27,441 nt of DNA from a virus (Duplodnaviria > Caudoviricetes). Under the pieces are notes generated by a model that was given only the letters and a program-made list of their open reading frames with translations, was not told the origin of the DNA and made no database searches. The first letter of the stretch is position 1; every line of letters begins with the position of its first letter. Positions 25,231-27,441 of this stretch are shown piece after piece. The stretch spans positions 1 through 27,441 of IMG/VR virus record IMGVR_UViG_3300027850_000141. One strand, given 5' to 3'. The position numbers and the translations under genes were made by a program.

Positions 25231-25499
25231 GTGCGATCGCCCCCTCTGTATTTGACCCCTAGAGCCTTTTCAATTGCCTGAACGACCTCTAGGCTTACCG
25301 AGTCGCCCTTACCCCTCATGAGCCGATACAGGTAACTTGTGGTGATGTCCGCCGCTCTAGCGATGGCCGCAACCCTTACGTTTCTGTTTTTTGCTGCCGC
25401 GATCTCGTCCGTTAGCCATTGCGGAAAATCCTCCGCATCACTATCAATAATCTGCCGAATCTTTAGCCCACTCACAATGTCGCCTCTTGAATATGTCAC
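25227..25499 (-). CDS. XRE/Cro-like HTH regulator heading the replication operon
   Basis: VAAIARAADITTSYLYRLMRG..SVSLEVVQAIEKALGV; AGGA RBS. Confidence 0.85.
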   Translation of the reverse strand: MTYSRGDIVSGLKIRQIIDSDAEDFPQWLTDEIAAAKNRNVRVAAIARAADITTSYLYRLMRGKGDSVSLEVVQAIEKALGVKYRGGDRT

Positions 25500-25514
25500 T
25501 CGTCTAATGTCCTA

Positions 25515-25565
25515 ATAGTAAGGCAATAAATATAGTTTGACAAGTTGCAAGTTTTAGGTCACTAT
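25515..25565. promoter_or_regulatory. divergent promoters sharing one -35 region
   Basis: Minus: TTGTCA (25538-25543)-17-TACTAT (25515-25520). Plus: TTGACA (25537-25542)-17-CACTAT (25560-25565). Confidence 0.7.
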
Positions 25566-25639
25566 TGGAGATAAGCAAAGGGCGACCGCCTCAAACGAAG
25601 CGACCGCCCGCCAAATTAACCCCTGTAGGAATCTCTATT

Positions 25640-25819
25640 ATGCCCCATCGGCTGAATGCATTTTCAAACAATCCCACCCGCCGCCGCTACAGTGTGGCGA
25701 TCGCCCTCGGGGTAGTGTTGGCCGTGATGGCTTACAGCCCCGCTAGCGCTAATCAGACTGGCTACGAGCCTCCGGTTGAGGGCGGGCCAGCGAGGACGCA
25801 GGGATCGGGCACCCGGTAG
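25640..25819 (+). CDS. 59-aa secreted peptide precursor (signal peptide plus NQTGYEPPVEGGPARTQGSGTR)
   Basis: AGGA RBS. Basic n-region TRRR, hydrophobic h-region, P-A-S-A cleavage site, Gly/Pro-rich 22-aa mature part. Confidence 0.75.
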   Translation: MPHRLNAFSNNPTRRRYSVAIALGVVLAVMAYSPASANQTGYEPPVEGGPARTQGSGTR

Positions 25820-25829
25820 GTAGGTTGGG

Positions 25830-25857
25830 GCGATCGCTTCTCTTGGGGGGCGATCGC
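25830..25857 (+). repeat. HIP1-based hairpin 3' of the peptide gene
   Basis: GCGATCGCTTC...GGGGCGATCGC with G-U pairs. Confidence 0.6.
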
Positions 25858-25895
25858 GGATCGGTTCATTCAGCAAGTAAAGCAAGGTAGCTAAA

Positions 25896-26363
25896 ATGAC
25901 ATTCCACACAATCAAAGTAAACGACGATCCCAAGTTCCGGCGCGCTGTGGCAAAGGCCATCATGGCACAATCCCACCCCGGCTATCATTCTTCAGTACAA
26001 GGCGGGCACTATGCCGATCCCGTCGCTGGCATCGTCTACCTGATGCGAGGAGATCAGTGCCCATGGCCTGATGATGTGAATCACCGCATCGTTGAGGTAG
26101 AGCTTCTTGTGCTTGGTGCAGGTGACTATTCGGGCGAGGTTGACTGGGACATCCCACAGATGCCAAGAGGGGATATGTTGGCAGCATATCGAGAATCTGG
26201 GGGAACCGAGGATTGGGATCAGAATGCCTCCGAGGTCATTGAGTTTGCCCGCTCTCATCAGCAGTGGAAAGAGCGGATTGAGGAGATTGAAGATCTCGCT
26301 CATGATGAAACGATTAGCCTAATTCTGGACGAGATTCTGGACGAGATTTACGAAAGCGATTAA
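25896..26363 (+). CDS. acidic hypothetical protein
   Basis: AAGGT RBS; D/E-rich C-terminal half. Confidence 0.8.
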   Translation: MTFHTIKVNDDPKFRRAVAKAIMAQSHPGYHSSVQGGHYADPVAGIVYLMRGDQCPWPDDVNHRIVEVELLVLGAGDYSGEVDWDIPQMPRGDMLAAYRESGGTEDWDQNASEVIEFARSHQQWKERIEEIEDLAHDETISLILDEILDEIYESD

Positions 26364-26379
26364 ATCAACGGAGAAAATA

Positions 26380-26643
26380 GTGGCTACAAAACTTTGGTCG
26401 ATTGCAAAGAGGGCTGGGGGGATGCGCGATTCTAGGAAAGATCTAGAATCTCTGGGGTTTGTCGTGATTAAAGCCAACGGATTGTTCTATCGGGTAGCAC
26501 CGCCACAGGGCTTTACACGATTCACTGAGGGCGACTGGACAGACGTAAAAGACGCATCGGGTAAGTATGTTTTTACTCAGCAGATACCGGACGGTTGCGA
26601 TGCTCCCGCTGTTGTCTACTTTAGGTGCCCTGTCATCAGCTAA
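26380..26643 (+). CDS. hypothetical protein
   Basis: GGAG RBS, GTG start. Confidence 0.7.
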   Translation: MATKLWSIAKRAGGMRDSRKDLESLGFVVIKANGLFYRVAPPQGFTRFTEGDWTDVKDASGKYVFTQQIPDGCDAPAVVYFRCPVIS

Positions 26644-26653
26644 CACCCCGCCC

Positions 26654-26702
26654 AAAAAAGCGCTGACCTGCACGGTTCACAACCCGCAGGCCAGCGCTTT
26701 TT
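26654..26702. terminator. bidirectional terminator between convergent operons
   Basis: AAAAAGCGCTGACCTGC...GCAGGCCAGCGCTTTTT. Confidence 0.75.
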
Positions 26703-26709
26703 GCTGCCG

Positions 26710-27101
26710 CTATTCTTCGCCAACCATTGGCCGATAGCCAAGCCGCTTCCTCCACCGCTCAAGGCGTTCTGTCTCAGCGCCCTCCTTCGCCGTCCAACTA
26801 GGCAGTTGCCAACTGGTCGTAATAGGCGGCTCTGTGCTTTTCTGCTTGGCACGGGGCGCGGGCTTGTTTTGCTCGTCAATATATCTATTGACGAGCGCCG
26901 CCGCTGCCGGGTCACTCACGAGGGTCGCGTGGGTTGTGCCTAATCGCTTGGCGATCGCCCGCTGCGAGATGGTGGTTGGGTCGCCTTGTATAGTTCGCAG
27001 ACCTTTTTAACCTGCTCTATCTTGACGGTCTTCTCCCACTTTCGGCGTGGTTGCTTGTGTGCGATCTGCGGTTCTTCTGCGTTATCGTTGTTGTGCTTCA
27101 T
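26710..27101 (-). pseudogene. HTH protein gene split by a one-base frameshift near 26985-27010
   Basis: ATG 27101 (AAGGGA RBS) reads MKHNND...VKKVCELYK and stops at 26940. The -1 frame continues GDPTTISQRAIAKRLGTTHATLVSD... into the 26710..26919 ORF. Confidence 0.6.
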
Positions 27102-27118
27102 GTTTTGTTTCCCTTATT

Positions 27119-27143
27119 GGCAGTCGAAAGGCTGTCTTTTTTT
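27119..27143 (+). terminator. plus-strand terminator antisense to the XRE operon
   Basis: GGCAGTC-GAAA-GGCTGTC-T7. Confidence 0.65.
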
Positions 27144-27147
27144 GTCT

Positions 27148-27369
27148 TCACTTTGCGGACGGCTGAAATTTGACCCCCAGCGCGTTCTCTAACCTTGTCA
27201 GCACATCCTCTGAGATCGCCCCGTCAAGGTTGCCCGCCCGCAGCTTAGTTAGATAGCTCTCAGATAAGCCCGTGATGCGGCAAAGTTCTCTGAGGTGCCC
27301 GTAAGCCTTGATCCGTAGTCGTAGCCATTCCTTTAGTCCGGGGGCATGGCGCGAATAGGCAATATCCAT
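27148..27369 (-). CDS. XRE/Cro-like HTH regulator (second paralog)
   Basis: LRELCRITGLSESYLTKLRAG...ISEDVLTRLENALGV; AAGGAG RBS before ATG 27369. Confidence 0.85.
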   Translation of the reverse strand: MDIAYSRHAPGLKEWLRLRIKAYGHLRELCRITGLSESYLTKLRAGNLDGAISEDVLTRLENALGVKFQPSAK

Positions 27370-27392
27370 GAAACTCCTTAGTAACTGAAAAC

Positions 27393-27439
27393 AGAATAAC
27401 CCAACTCTCTTGACAATGCAACAATAAGAGTGCAATACT
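27393..27439. promoter_or_regulatory. divergent promoters
   Basis: Minus: TTGCAT (27416-27421)-17-TATTCT (27393-27398). Plus: TTGACA (27410-27415)-18-AATACT with a TG extension. Confidence 0.6.
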
Positions 27440-27441
27440 GT

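Larger units (their letters stand above)
1..27441. mobile_element. temperate cyanophage / prophage segment
   Basis: Complete head-packaging module, replication module and Cro-like regulators, with HIP1 enrichment. No host housekeeping context or att site visible. Confidence 0.9.

Noticed and set aside
25640-25819. Calling the peptide patS/patX
   Set aside because: It ends QGSGTR, not the canonical RGSGR, so the symbol is unsupported.
1-27441. Stop-codon reassignment, introns or inteins in terL/dnaB/thyX, tRNA genes, integrase or att sites
   Set aside because: Core genes are full length in the standard code with normal sizes. No cloverleaf, recombinase motif or att-like repeat was recognised.

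Overview
This 27.4-kb window is the core of a temperate cyanobacterial phage or prophage. The HIP1 octamer GCGATCGC occurs roughly 60 times by eye, which points to a cyanobacterial host. The minus strand carries, from right to left: two Cro/XRE-like regulators, DUF4326, a wHTH protein, a DUF4373-type replication initiator with an internal iteron origin, DnaB, dTMP kinase, a degenerate DEDDh exonuclease, ThyX, a SigF-like sigma factor, DUF3102, a ParB-like/N4-N6 methylase, TerS, TerL, portal, adaptor, minor head protein, scaffold and a P22-like major capsid protein. A short plus-strand operon at the left (RHH, Dam-like methylase, primase domain) converges on the head operon. No integrase, tail genes, tRNA or CRISPR array were seen. 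The main oddities are: (1) a second, intact, ATPase-only TerL paralog inside the head operon with altered motor motifs; (2) a secreted 22-aa peptide precursor ending GSGTR, divergent from the Cro-like gene; (3) four consensus-promoter/RHH cassettes resembling acr-aca loci; (4) two tandem putative sRNA genes; (5) a TWGGCACNNT candidate late promoter in front of six genes; and (6) several small real-looking ORFs and one frameshifted gene missing from the ORF track. All family assignments come from motif recognition, not database searches.
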